Positions 39,551 through 49,790 are shown, numbered from the stretch's first letter. The stretch is DNA of 64,000 bases from Candidatus Latescibacterota bacterium (GCA_965198115.1 OZ240241.1:2976001-3040000); one strand, 5' to 3'. Numbers and translations are program-made. The notes: generated by a model not told the origin, from the letters alone.

Positions 39551-41083
39551 GTGACTTCGCCCAAACCCGTGCGCTGGTGGCCCGCACTGCTGATCGTCGT
39601 AGTGACCGCCCTTGCCCTGCTGATCCTGTGGATTCACGACACGCAACATCGGCAGACCGTCGTCATGGGCACCCTCGGAACGCTCGTAATCGCAACTTTG
39701 CTCCTGATCACCTGGGCCCTCGCCCTTTCACGTTTGCCGGCGCGCACGCGTCTGGGAATCGCGATCGGTCTCGTGATGCTGGCCGGCGTGGTAGGGCTGT
39801 CTGTTCGGATCGAGGGAATGAGTGGCGACTTCGTACCGATCCTATCGTGGAGGTGGACCGAGGAAGCATATGGGGGTGCATCGAATCCCACACGCCGAGT
39901 GAGCGCTGGGCCCGCGTCCGACTACCCCCAGTTCCTCGGCCCAGCACGCAATGCTTCCCTCGTCGATATCGCGTTGAAAGACTGGACCAACCATCCGCCA
40001 CGCGAGATCTGGAGACGTCCGGTCGGTGCAGGGTGGTCCGCATTTGCTGTCGTTGGTACACACGCGGTAACGCAAGAGCAACGGGGAGAACTCGAATGCG
40101 TCGTGAGCTACGATCTGCTCGCGGGGGAAGAGCGTTGGGTTCACGCGGACACGGCTCGATTCGAAACGACCATCGGCGGCGTCGGGCCCAGGGCGACGCC
40201 GACCATTCACGAAGGCCGCGTCTATGCCTACGGCGCGCTCGGCCAGCTCAACTGCCTGGACCTCGAATCCGGCCGCGAAATCTGGAGCCGCAACCCGATA
40301 GAGGAAAACGGTGTGGAGCCGCCTGATTGGGGCAACAGCTGCTCTCCCCTGCTTCACGACGGAGCCGTGATCGTGAGCGCAGGGGGCGATAGGGACAATG
40401 CTTTGATCGCATTCGAAGCGGGGACAGGCGCCGTCCGGTGGCAAGCCGGCAACAGCGATGCCGGATACAGTTCACCCACCCTCGTGCGTGTGGCAAACCA
40501 GGATCAGATCCTGATCTTCAACGAGCGTCAGCTCGCCGGTCACGACGCGTGGTCGGGGGAACCGCTCTGGACGCACCCGTGGCCGGACGGAACGTTCTCG
40601 ACCTCACAGCCGGTCGTGCTCCCCGGAAACCGGATCTTTCTATCGAGCGGATACGGGATTGGTGCGAAGATGTTTCGAATCGACGGGAAGGAAGCGGGCT
40701 TCACACCTTCGATCGTGTGGGAGTCACCTCGATTGAAAGCGAAATTCACGAACGTTGTCATTCACGGGGGTTACATCTACGGCCTGGACGACGGCATCCT
40801 CGTCTGCCTCGATCCCGAAACGGGGCAACGAAAGTGGAAGCGGGGCCGATACGGCCACGGACAGGTTCTTCTCGTCAGCGACCGGCTCATCGTTCAGACC
40901 GAAGACGGAGATCTCGCGCTCGTCGATGCCAACCCGGAAGCCTTTGTCGAGACCGCAAGCCAACCTGCTCTCGACAGCAAGACTTGGAACAACCCCGCTT
41001 TCGCGCCTCCCTACCTGATCGTCCGCAATGACCGCGAGGCGATCTGCTTCGAGCTCTCGCTCGAACCGACCGATTCCTCCTGA
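39551..41083 (+). CDS. Membrane-anchored PQQ-binding-like beta-propeller protein
   Basis: AAGGA RBS; three N-terminal TM helices; DYPQFLGP.R, GPRATP, YSSP and TWNNPA motifs. Confidence 0.88.
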   Translation: MTSPKPVRWWPALLIVVVTALALLILWIHDTQHRQTVVMGTLGTLVIATLLLITWALALSRLPARTRLGIAIGLVMLAGVVGLSVRIEGMSGDFVPILSWRWTEEAYGGASNPTRRVSAGPASDYPQFLGPARNASLVDIALKDWTNHPPREIWRRPVGAGWSAFAVVGTHAVTQEQRGELECVVSYDLLAGEERWVHADTARFETTIGGVGPRATPTIHEGRVYAYGALGQLNCLDLESGREIWSRNPIEENGVEPPDWGNSCSPLLHDGAVIVSAGGDRDNALIAFEAGTGAVRWQAGNSDAGYSSPTLVRVANQDQILIFNERQLAGHDAWSGEPLWTHPWPDGTFSTSQPVVLPGNRIFLSSGYGIGAKMFRIDGKEAGFTPSIVWESPRLKAKFTNVVIHGGYIYGLDDGILVCLDPETGQRKWKRGRYGHGQVLLVSDRLIVQTEDGDLALVDANPEAFVETASQPALDSKTWNNPAFAPPYLIVRNDREAICFELSLEPTDSS

Positions 41084-41127
41084 CCGAGTGAGCTACCCCA
41101 CAGCCCACTTTATTCTCACACAGGTTC

Positions 41128-41149
41128 GCGGTCGGGAGACCGCTCCCAC
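41128..41149. repeat. GTGGGAGC-type REP-like hairpin between convergent genes
   Basis: GCGGTCGGGAGACCGCTCCCAC. Confidence 0.55.
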
Positions 41150-41296
41150 CGGCAATCGTCATTCGGGGCGAAAAGCCGTCGTTTCTGCACTCTGTCATTC
41201 TGTCTTCTGCCAATGGGGCGAAGCCCGTCTCCACAGCCGACAGCCCACCGCCCACTGTCTACGCTAAGTCTCGCCCTGCTCCCCCTCGGCCTCTGT

Positions 41297-44200
41297 CTAG
41301 GTCTCCGCCTTGAGCATCGGAATCACATCCACACTCAGTGCAACCCGCGTCGTCACCCAGCACGCGAACACACCGACGGCGACAATCAAGCCCAGCGTGG
41401 AGCCGAGAGAAACGAACGGTACTCGTGTGGCAGTTTCGACCAGATGGGGCGCGACGGAAATGGTGCCGGCGAGCGCACCGATACACACCCCCGATAGAAG
41501 CAGAAAAAGACCTTCAGCTAAAACCATCCTGCCCAGAGCGTTGCGACGATACCCCACGGCTCTCATCACCGCGAATTCTCTCCGCCGATCAATCGCGTTC
41601 TTCATCATCACAATAGCCAGCCCGACCGTTCCCAAACAGAGCCCGAGCCCACCGAGGACTTGGAAGGTCGACATATACGTATTCTCGACCGCCTTGTAGG
41701 ACGCCAGACGCTGGACGGACGTGACGGTATCGAAACCGAACCGGCCAAGTCGTCGCTCGAGACTGAGCGCGACGTCCCCCACCCTTTCTGCTGGTGTGTC
41801 GATCAGAAAAAACTGATAGCCTTCCTGCGAAGGGAAAACTTCCAGAAAGCGATCTTCGGCAATCATCAGCTCGCCCTGCAGCAAACTGTTCTGCAATAGA
41901 CCGACGATTCTGAGACGCACGGGCTCGTTCCGATCGTCGAGGACCACAACGTCATCTCCCAGACCCAGGTGCAAGATCCAGGTTGCAGAAGCATAATCGG
42001 CAATAGCCGGAATCGCGCCATCGCCGAATTCGCGATACAGAACCGACCAAGGACTTTCAGCCGGCTCACCGTCTACCCCCCGGAGCGACGTCAACTGCGG
42101 GGAGTCCACCGCCTGAAAATTAAAACCCCCTCGCTCTGCCATCCGTCTGCTCACACCAAGGATCTTAGGGAATCGAGGTTGGTAGAGATTGAGACAGCTC
42201 ACATCTTCGCCAGGCTTGACCCTGAAGGCCAAGACCTCGGTACCCTCGAAGGCTGCGACTTCGCCCTCGCTGAACCCCAGATCGATGCGGGTGCTCCTCC
42301 GCTCGAGGTCCAGCAGAATCGGCGAATCGCTTTCCGCCACCAGCTCGAATCCCCCCGTACCCGGATGGTCGAACGAGAGTGCGTCGTGTCGGTTCGCACC
42401 GACAGCCACGATCACGAAACTCGCACACGCCACGAGCGTCACGCTCAGCAGACTTCGCCCTCGGTTTCGGGACGCGTTGGAAACGCCCAGCCCCAGGTGG
42501 GAGGACGCCCACGGTGTCGACGTGCTGCTCAATCGACCCGCAAGAAAAGCGATTCCAGCCATGAGCAGGCTCGCGCCCACGGCGAAAAACAGAATAGTCC
42601 GCGTAGCAGCGTCACTTCCCACGCCCCCGGCAAGGCACAACCCGGCCACGAACAGCCCTACCTGGCCCCATCGCCGCCACAGGAGGGAAGGAGTCTCGGG
42701 CGGGTTGATCGATGCTCCAGCGAGCAGCATCCGGACGGGAACTCGCAGCACGCGTTTGACCGTCAGCAGAATCGTTGCGACGATCACCACGGCTGACACG
42801 GCTAAGCCAACGACGAAGCTGCTCAACGTATAATGCGGCGTCAGCAGTCGGGTCCCAACGGCTGCGACCCATGCAGAGGAGAGACTGTCCATCAGCGCGC
42901 TGCAGTAAAGGGCAGCACCCGGGAGTCCGGCCGCACAGCCAACGAGAGCAACGACACCTGCTTCCACCGTCCACCGCCTCCGCACGGAAGAGGACACGAA
43001 ACCCGTGGCAAGCAGCAATCCTGCCTCACTGCGTCGACGTTCAAGAGAGAGCCCGTACAGAAGAGAGACGAGCAGAATCGAAGACACGATCAGAAATAGA
43101 CTGAATCCAATGAACAACCCGCTGAAATCGGTTGCACCCGACGAGGCTGCCAGACCATCGGCCAGGGACGTGACCACCTGGAGTCCGGACGAGCCGGAAG
43201 GAAGTGCCGCCAGCATCTCCTGCTCGAATTCGTGCCGCACCCTCTCATCCGTACCGAGTAAACGCACGCCCGACAGAATGCCGAACGGACTCTCCCACAG
43301 GGCTCGACCCTTCGGCAGAGACACGAAAGCTTTGGGTGTCGCGGCGTGCGCGTCCCAATAGGCCTCATCCTCGAACTCGATTCGTGTCAGATCGACGGGA
43401 AAGGGCGCATTCCACGCGGCCATGTCGTCGGCGTCGTGCAGTCCCGGAAAATCGGGCGTCAGGGCGGGATCGGACGCGAGACCGGCCATCTCGACACGAC
43501 CGGCGACGTGCAACGTTTCCGTTCGCTCATCGAGATCTTCTTTGGGGCTGAAGTGGTAATAGGTCAGTCGCAGCTCGTCGCCTGGCCGGCTCAACAGCCG
43601 ATCGGCCGCCCATGTGTTCAGGACGATCTCATCCTCGACAGGGATCCGGAGCCCTGTAACGCCCAGCCGATGGTTTGCCTCGCCCTCGATCAACCCCACC
43701 GCCGAAACAGTCGAGTATGGAATCGACGCGGAGCCGACGGTCATCTCGTTCGCCAAATAGGTCAGGATTCCAAGAACCGGTACGCCCATCGCCCGACCGA
43801 CGTGTTTGGCCGCCTTCACGCCTTCCTCGCCGATCAGAAAACCGTCGCTCTCCAGGGCGAGTCCTCCTTTCCGACCCACGATTCGGAGTCCGAAATCGAC
43901 CAGCTCCAGTCCCCTCGAAAGGTCGGCAAAGACCGCTTCGCTCGACGCATCCGCCTCAGGATGCGCCACAAGCAACCGGTTGACCCGATCCCCGACGTTC
44001 AGCACTCGCTGGAGCCCAGGCAGGGAGACATAGCCCACGAGCGGCAACGCCTGGTTCGGTTCCAGCGAAAAACGATTCCCACCATCCGGCTTCGGCGCCT
44101 TGCCCACGCGTAGACGCAAGACCTCGACCGACGACGTAGCCTCTTCGCGCCCAAACAGCGTTTCACGATGGGCATTGCTCGGACGGGCGAAGGACATCTG

Positions 44201-44641
44201 GACGCGATCGCCAGCGGAAACACTGACAGCCAGACGTGCCGGCTGGTTCAGAAGAATTGTCCGTGGCCGTCGAGTCTCTGGTTCGAAGCTCAGTTCTGAC
44301 TTCGGAAACAGGCTGTTGAACCGTTCGTCGACCGCAAAGACGGTCACCGATCGAGCTCGTGCGCCAGTCGACAGGTTCTCGAGCGTGGCCGTGAGCTCGA
44401 TGACCGGCACGACCACCGCCTCTGTTTCAGCAGCGAGGTTTTCAGCCAGCTGGGCACGGAAGTATTGAGCGGACCTGACGGCGTGGGTCACAATCCCAAG
44501 ACGTTCAACGGTTAACGCCCTCAGACTACCCCGTACCGAATCGCCAACCAGGAGGGCGCCGGTCAGAACGGACGTCGCAACCGCCGTTCCCAGCGCGACC
44601 ACCAGATGCTGCCGCCAATAGTGCCGTAGACTCCGTGTCAC
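41297..44641 (-). CDS. Large FtsX/MacB-type ABC permease (two FtsX units, about 1114 aa)
   Basis: GTG overlaps the ATPase stop; LTGAL.VGDSVRGSL, ERRRSEAGLL..GF and RRREFAVMRAVGY motifs; large periplasmic loops. Confidence 0.9.
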   Translation of the reverse strand: MTRSLRHYWRQHLVVALGTAVATSVLTGALLVGDSVRGSLRALTVERLGIVTHAVRSAQYFRAQLAENLAAETEAVVVPVIELTATLENLSTGARARSVTVFAVDERFNSLFPKSELSFEPETRRPRTILLNQPARLAVSVSAGDRVQMSFARPSNAHRETLFGREEATSSVEVLRLRVGKAPKPDGGNRFSLEPNQALPLVGYVSLPGLQRVLNVGDRVNRLLVAHPEADASSEAVFADLSRGLELVDFGLRIVGRKGGLALESDGFLIGEEGVKAAKHVGRAMGVPVLGILTYLANEMTVGSASIPYSTVSAVGLIEGEANHRLGVTGLRIPVEDEIVLNTWAADRLLSRPGDELRLTYYHFSPKEDLDERTETLHVAGRVEMAGLASDPALTPDFPGLHDADDMAAWNAPFPVDLTRIEFEDEAYWDAHAATPKAFVSLPKGRALWESPFGILSGVRLLGTDERVRHEFEQEMLAALPSGSSGLQVVTSLADGLAASSGATDFSGLFIGFSLFLIVSSILLVSLLYGLSLERRRSEAGLLLATGFVSSSVRRRWTVEAGVVALVGCAAGLPGAALYCSALMDSLSSAWVAAVGTRLLTPHYTLSSFVVGLAVSAVVIVATILLTVKRVLRVPVRMLLAGASINPPETPSLLWRRWGQVGLFVAGLCLAGGVGSDAATRTILFFAVGASLLMAGIAFLAGRLSSTSTPWASSHLGLGVSNASRNRGRSLLSVTLVACASFVIVAVGANRHDALSFDHPGTGGFELVAESDSPILLDLERRSTRIDLGFSEGEVAAFEGTEVLAFRVKPGEDVSCLNLYQPRFPKILGVSRRMAERGGFNFQAVDSPQLTSLRGVDGEPAESPWSVLYREFGDGAIPAIADYASATWILHLGLGDDVVVLDDRNEPVRLRIVGLLQNSLLQGELMIAEDRFLEVFPSQEGYQFFLIDTPAERVGDVALSLERRLGRFGFDTVTSVQRLASYKAVENTYMSTFQVLGGLGLCLGTVGLAIVMMKNAIDRRREFAVMRAVGYRRNALGRMVLAEGLFLLLSGVCIGALAGTISVAPHLVETATRVPFVSLGSTLGLIVAVGVFACWVTTRVALSVDVIPMLKAET

Positions 44642-45288
44642 AACATCGTCCCTATATCGAGCCGACGATCGAAACGATCGGCGAGCGTCGCACTGTGTGT
44701 CACGACGACGAGAACACCTTCTCGTGATGCGTGCAGGCTGAAAAGGAGATCGGACACCGTCTCCGCCGTCTGCGAATCCAGGTTCCCGGTCGGCTCGTCG
44801 CACAGGAGGAGACCGGGTGAATAGATCAGCGCCCGGGCGATCGCCGCTCGCTGTCGCTCCCCACCGGATAGAGCGGCCGGCTTGTGGTCCACACGGTCGG
44901 AAAGCCCGACCCGGTCGATCAAGTCACGGGCACGATCGCGGTGGGCAGTCTCGATTCGCTCGAAAGCGTGAACAGGAATCAGGACGTTCTCGATCAGGGA
45001 ATACTGGGGCAGAAGGTGGGCTTCCTGGAACACGAACCCGATCGACCTGTTCCGAAACAGGGCAAGGTCTGGCTCGGAAAGAGCGAACGGATCCTTCCCG
45101 TCTATCCGCACTTCACCCGTCGTCGGTCGGTCCAGCGTACCCAGAATGTGAAGCAACGTACTCTTCCCGCAGCCAGACGGCCCAACGATGCAAAGCGCCT
45201 CGCTGGCGGAGAGAGAAAAGGAGAGATCGGACAGAATCCGGAGATCGCCGAAGGATTTGGAGAGGGAGTTGACGGCGAGAGAACTCAT
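44638..45288 (-). CDS. ABC transporter ATP-binding protein (LolD/MacB-like)
   Basis: GPSGCGKST, IGFVFQ, LSGGERQR, LLCDEPTGNLD and VVTH motifs. Confidence 0.95.
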   Translation of the reverse strand: MSSLAVNSLSKSFGDLRILSDLSFSLSASEALCIVGPSGCGKSTLLHILGTLDRPTTGEVRIDGKDPFALSEPDLALFRNRSIGFVFQEAHLLPQYSLIENVLIPVHAFERIETAHRDRARDLIDRVGLSDRVDHKPAALSGGERQRAAIARALIYSPGLLLCDEPTGNLDSQTAETVSDLLFSLHASREGVLVVVTHSATLADRFDRRLDIGTML

Positions 45289-45716
45289 TCCTGGGATCCG
45301 GAATCGGTGTCTTCAATTTTCGCCGCAACCGCTTCCGGGATTCCCACAGCCTTCATCTTGCCGCCTGGCTCGACTACGCAACAGGCCGTCGTGATTTGCC
45401 CTTCGGCGATGAGTATGCCTTCGCGTGTGAAGGTGTAGCCGAACGTCATCGAGCGCTCGCCTTTCCGAGTCACTTCCAGGCGAATGTCCAACTCGTCCTC
45501 GAAGAAAGCGGGCGCCCGAAAATCGCACGAAGCCGAAACTCGAGGCCATCCGATCTTCTGGCCGTCGTGTTCGGCCATGACGGAGGTGTCCAGCGAGCGA
45601 AGGAACTCGTGCTCTGCCGACTCCATATACCCGAAGAAGCGGGAGAAGTGGACAATGCCGGCCAGGTCCGTATCGGAGAACTCGACCCGTCGCGTCGTCG
45701 TGAAGGCCGTGGGCAT
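45285..45716 (-). CDS. Hotdog-fold acyl-CoA thioesterase (4HBT/YbgC family)
   Basis: VEFSDTDLAGIVHFSRFF.Y.E.AE motif. Confidence 0.9.
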   Translation of the reverse strand: MPTAFTTTRRVEFSDTDLAGIVHFSRFFGYMESAEHEFLRSLDTSVMAEHDGQKIGWPRVSASCDFRAPAFFEDELDIRLEVTRKGERSMTFGYTFTREGILIAEGQITTACCVVEPGGKMKAVGIPEAVAAKIEDTDSGSQE

Positions 45717-46264
45717 CAGTCCAGACCTACCACGTCGGCCAGCCCGGCATAGCCGTTCGCCGATAAACGCTCCCCGCTCAGGGCGAAGTAACCGGGGCCT
45801 GCGGTCAGCCCGAGACCTTCGACGAACCGATTCATCATGTTGAACAGCGCGCAGACGGCGACGGCGTCGTGCAGCGCCTGCTCATCCCATCCGGCATCCA
45901 GGACTTCATCGGCATCATCGGACGTCACGCGCGACGGGGTTCGGGTCAGCTTTCCGACGTAGCGCAGAATCGGTTTGAGTTTCTCATCCACTTCCGAGCT
46001 GTCGAGATCTTCCATAGCGCTCTGCAGGACGTCGGATGCAACTCCGAACTGTTGTGCGACGGCCGTGTGCACGCCTTGACAATAGTGGCAGGCGTTCACG
46101 CCAGACACATAGGCAGCGATCAGCTCCCGCTCCGCCGCCGAGAGCGGCGACACTTTTCGCATCACGGCCTCGTGATAATCGAGCAGGGGACGCACCGTAT
46201 CGGGGAAACGCTTGAAGACGTCGACCAGGACGGCATCTTCGGGAACCGATCGCAGGAAGGGCAT
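45716..46264 (-). CDS. AhpD/carboxymuconolactone-decarboxylase-like peroxidase-related protein
   Basis: ERELIAAYVSGVNACHYC..VH and ALFNMMNR motifs; start at MPFL. Confidence 0.88.
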   Translation of the reverse strand: MPFLRSVPEDAVLVDVFKRFPDTVRPLLDYHEAVMRKVSPLSAAERELIAAYVSGVNACHYCQGVHTAVAQQFGVASDVLQSAMEDLDSSEVDEKLKPILRYVGKLTRTPSRVTSDDADEVLDAGWDEQALHDAVAVCALFNMMNRFVEGLGLTAGPGYFALSGERLSANGYAGLADVVGLD

Positions 46265-46266
46265 TC

Positions 46267-46767
46267 TCAGGTTCCCGGCCGGTATAGCGTGACGAGTGCA
46301 CCCCCCGCGGCCGCACAGACGATACCTAGAAGGAACTCCCAGTTCAGCGCACCGAATCCACCCTTGGGAGGGTGCACAGCCATGGCCACACACGCGTTCA
46401 CGATCGGAGCACCCGCGAACACGATCGACATCACGACCGGTGGTGTTCCCTTTGCGCCGAACGCCAGCAGAATCCCGAAGGCACCCAATGCCCCGGCGAT
46501 ACCGGCCACGGTCGACCAGACCATCCCCTTCATCGGGAAACCGAAGTCTGAGCCATTCAGCTTCAGCACGATCAACGACCCGATCACCGCCGTCAGCACG
46601 TAGGCGACGCCGACGAACAGGTAGGCTTTGTAACGACCGTTCACAGGGTCCGCCATCGACAGCTGACCCGTGTGCAGCAGGACGCCGTAACACCCCCACG
46701 AGGCAACCGAAATCATCGCAAAAGCCAACCACATGAATCCCGATCCCGCAACCTGTTCACCAGCCAT
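46267..46767 (-). CDS. Small multi-TM membrane protein (single EamA/DMT-like repeat)
   Basis: GGAGG RBS; about 5 hydrophobic helices; WG.YG and P.VMSIVF.GAPIVN motifs. Confidence 0.75.
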   Translation of the reverse strand: MAGEQVAGSGFMWLAFAMISVASWGCYGVLLHTGQLSMADPVNGRYKAYLFVGVAYVLTAVIGSLIVLKLNGSDFGFPMKGMVWSTVAGIAGALGAFGILLAFGAKGTPPVVMSIVFAGAPIVNACVAMAVHPPKGGFGALNWEFLLGIVCAAAGGALVTLYRPGT

Positions 46768-46800
46768 GCATGCCTCCCGTTTGATTGACGGCGACGAGCT

Positions 46801-48081
46801 TCATCCGGCCAGCCGCCTGTAGATTGCCATCGTATTCTCCGCCATCGTTTCGACCGTATATCGATCGAAAACGGCTTCCCGTCCGCGTCGGCCCAAATCG
46901 GCTCTCAGCGGTTCATCGTTCATCAGACGTTCGATCGCATCCGCAACGTCCGAGGGTGCATCCGAAGCCGACAGGATCCCGCCCCCCGTGCCTTCGATCA
47001 GCTCGGGGAACGCCCCGTGATCGGGTTGGACGACGGGGATGCCACACGCCATCGCCTCCAGCGCGAACAGACCCTTCGGATCGTGGTAGGGTGTGGGCAC
47101 GCTCAACACGTCGAGGTCTTGGAGGAAGGCGATCTTTTCCTCCCGGTCGATGTCGAACGCGAACGAAACATTCCCGTCCAGACCGCCCGTCTCAACCTGA
47201 CCCCTGACCGTCTCGAAGTAGGCTTCGTCCCGCTTACCCAACCAACCGGCGACCCGCAGAGACGGTGCACGCTCCGCGCGTGTGTGCAGGAGACGGACGG
47301 CCTCGATCAGATTGTGCAATCCCTTCTCAGGACAGATGCGTGCGAGGTAGCCGATCCTGAACGGTTCATCCTCTGCTCTGTCCCCCGTCGAGAAGCCCTC
47401 CACGCGAATGCCCAGAGGAACGACATCGACCTGTTCGGGGCCCAACCCGAGCCTTTGTGCCATGTGTCGTGCATAATAATGACACGGTGCAATGTGCGCA
47501 TCCGCCTCGCCCGCCCGTTCGCGCAGGAGACGATACGCTTCGGCCTTGTAAGGTTCGACCAACCCATCCAGAAAAATGTCTTCGCCCGCGAATGCCACGA
47601 CAACGGGCGCGCCCACGGCTTCTCTGAGACCGGCCGCAAACCCGCCGAACATCGAGTTCGTCAGCTGAATCACATCCGGCTCGAAGTCCCGAAGGAATTC
47701 GATCAGTTTCTGCATCTCCTTGACGTGGGGGCCGCGGTCGCCCTGCAGCATCGAAACCGTCAGCCCACACAGGTCCTCCGCTTTTGTCGACCCCGACAGA
47801 CGTCCGAGGGAATCGAGAAGGGCCGGATGGTCCAGCAACCGGTCGACGAACCCGGGTGTGTACCGAAACATCGACCACTTCTGCTGAAGGTAGACGTTCA
47901 CGCCACCGAAGAACACACGGTCCAAACTGACGTCCTCGTCGTCCGTTCGGAGCGGCGTGTAGGTCGGAATCAGCACGACCTCGTGCCCCTGGTCGATCAA
48001 GGCTGAGGCGAGTGCGTTGTCCCGGATGCAGGTGCCGCAGTACATGCCGGCTGCACCCGCTGCAACGTAGGCGATTCGCAT
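46801..48081 (-). CDS. GT4-family glycosyltransferase with an N-terminal GMYCGTC motif
   Basis: ATG overlaps the SSS stop; ARICPEKG, DPKGLFALEAMACGIPVV and G.F.ELI motifs. Confidence 0.9.
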   Translation of the reverse strand: MRIAYVAAGAAGMYCGTCIRDNALASALIDQGHEVVLIPTYTPLRTDDEDVSLDRVFFGGVNVYLQQKWSMFRYTPGFVDRLLDHPALLDSLGRLSGSTKAEDLCGLTVSMLQGDRGPHVKEMQKLIEFLRDFEPDVIQLTNSMFGGFAAGLREAVGAPVVVAFAGEDIFLDGLVEPYKAEAYRLLRERAGEADAHIAPCHYYARHMAQRLGLGPEQVDVVPLGIRVEGFSTGDRAEDEPFRIGYLARICPEKGLHNLIEAVRLLHTRAERAPSLRVAGWLGKRDEAYFETVRGQVETGGLDGNVSFAFDIDREEKIAFLQDLDVLSVPTPYHDPKGLFALEAMACGIPVVQPDHGAFPELIEGTGGGILSASDAPSDVADAIERLMNDEPLRADLGRRGREAVFDRYTVETMAENTMAIYRRLAG

Positions 48082-49556
48082 CAGCCGGATTTCCCGAATG
48101 GGTCGAAGAATCGGTGCAGTCGCTCTTCGGACGGCGCCCTCGTCGCAATCGAGACGACAAACAGAACGGCGACACTGGCCGCCGTCATCCCAACGACCGG
48201 CATGAGCCCCGTTCCTCCGATCGTATAGCCGGAGTCGTTCCAAGCCCGGCTGACGAAGTAGACCCACGACAGCGCGACGGTTCCGAAAGCGGCAAGAACG
48301 GCCGCACGCGTCGTCCGACGCCAGAAGACCGAAGCGACGACCACGGGAAACAGCGCTGCGAACCCGGAGAACGACCAGATGCCCAGACGAAAGATGCTTC
48401 GGTCGACGACCAGGGATAGCGCGAAAACCAGAGCCAGGACAATCGCCACGAAGAGACGGGCGCAGAGCACTTGTTGTCGCTCCGACATCTGATCGTCGAA
48501 CCCGTAGTGGCGCACGATATCCTGCGTGAACATCGTACCGACGGCCAGAACCTGCGAGTCGAGCGACGACATGACCGCGGCGAAAACGCCGGCACCCAGG
48601 AGCCCGGCCAGGATTCCGGGCGCGTGGGTGTCGATGACCCTCACCAGCACGGCGTTGGCGGCCGGCCCCTGCAGATCGGGAAAATCGATCCGTCCCATCA
48701 CACCCAGAAGCACGCTCGGGACCCAGACGATCGCGATGCAAAGGGGATAAAGAGCCACCGGCCACCGAAAGGAGGACTCATCCCGTGCCGTCAACCAGTG
48801 CATGAAGAGATGGGGAAACATACCGGCCGACAAGGGGATCATCGTGTAGGAGGCGAACTGGGCCGGGGAGATCATACCCTCTCGCTGCAGGAGACCCGGA
48901 TGAATCGAATCGACGGCATCAAGAGCCGCAGCGAGACCGCCGTGCCGGCTGACGATCAAACCGACCGTCGCTGCTCCGAGCGTCATGAAAACGAGCGTCT
49001 GAAAGGCGTTCGCCCACGCCGTCCCCCTCAATCCACCGTAGCAGACGTAAGCCAGAACGACCGCGCAGACCACGAACGAGCCTACCCAGTGGGGAACCGA
49101 CCCGTCGGTGATCTGATGGAAGGTGATCCCGCCACCCATCACGCCGATCAACAGATACGGAACGACCAGCGCAACGTTCAGCACGAACAGGGCCAGACCG
49201 ACTCCGTCCGATCCGAAGCGGTCCCGAAAATACTGGGCCTGGGTCACGTAGCCGTATCGCTTTCCCAGCCGCCACAACCGAGTACCCACGAACAGGAAGA
49301 TGACCGGAATCACGATGGCCGAGGATGAACCCATCAACCCGAACACGCCGATCCCGTGGTGGTAGGCTTCACCCGACGCGCCCAGGATCGAGAACGCCGT
49401 CATGTTCGTGCCGAACAGGGACATCAGGAGAAAAAACGGGCCGATCGTCCGGCTCGCGACGAAATAGTCCTCGCCGGTGCCTCTGAACAACCTGTGGCTG
49501 AGCGCACCGACCACCAGAACGATCGCCAGGTAGCCAACGATCACCCCCAGAACCAT
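48081..49556 (-). CDS. Sodium:solute symporter (SSS) family protein
   Basis: EDYFVASRTIG, GGLRG.AW, AAVMSSLDSQ motifs; about 13 TM helices. Confidence 0.93.
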   Translation of the reverse strand: MVLGVIVGYLAIVLVVGALSHRLFRGTGEDYFVASRTIGPFFLLMSLFGTNMTAFSILGASGEAYHHGIGVFGLMGSSSAIVIPVIFLFVGTRLWRLGKRYGYVTQAQYFRDRFGSDGVGLALFVLNVALVVPYLLIGVMGGGITFHQITDGSVPHWVGSFVVCAVVLAYVCYGGLRGTAWANAFQTLVFMTLGAATVGLIVSRHGGLAAALDAVDSIHPGLLQREGMISPAQFASYTMIPLSAGMFPHLFMHWLTARDESSFRWPVALYPLCIAIVWVPSVLLGVMGRIDFPDLQGPAANAVLVRVIDTHAPGILAGLLGAGVFAAVMSSLDSQVLAVGTMFTQDIVRHYGFDDQMSERQQVLCARLFVAIVLALVFALSLVVDRSIFRLGIWSFSGFAALFPVVVASVFWRRTTRAAVLAAFGTVALSWVYFVSRAWNDSGYTIGGTGLMPVVGMTAASVAVLFVVSIATRAPSEERLHRFFDPFGKSG

Positions 49557-49747
49557 CACGCTTCCTCGTTCCGGTCGACCAGGGACTTCCCCAGACCATA
49601 GAGCATCGCGGAAACAGCGATGCACAGCGCAACGTGATATGAGAGACCCACGGGCAAACCCAGAACCCGCGTGTCCACCGACCAGAACCACACGTCCTGA
49701 TGCAGAAAGACGAGTGCAACCAGGCCGAAACCACAAAGACGTCTCAA
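49556..49747 (-). CDS. Small 2-TM SSS partner protein (DUF3311/DUF997-like)
   Basis: GGAGG RBS; LHQD.WFW...LGLPVGL.YH motif; coupled to the SSS start. Confidence 0.8.
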   Translation of the reverse strand: MRRLCGFGLVALVFLHQDVWFWSVDTRVLGLPVGLSYHVALCIAVSAMLYGLGKSLVDRNEEA

Positions 49748-49790
49748 GCGACCTCCCCTTCAATCCATGCCTGAATCAGGTCCACAGCAT

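Noticed and set aside
46801-49763. Long N-terminal extensions in the track for GT4 (654 aa) and SSS (560 aa), and likewise AhpD, the permease, GH2 and the aldose epimerase
   Set aside because: The extensions overlap upstream genes; downstream starts with an RBS or a stop/start overlap give family-typical lengths
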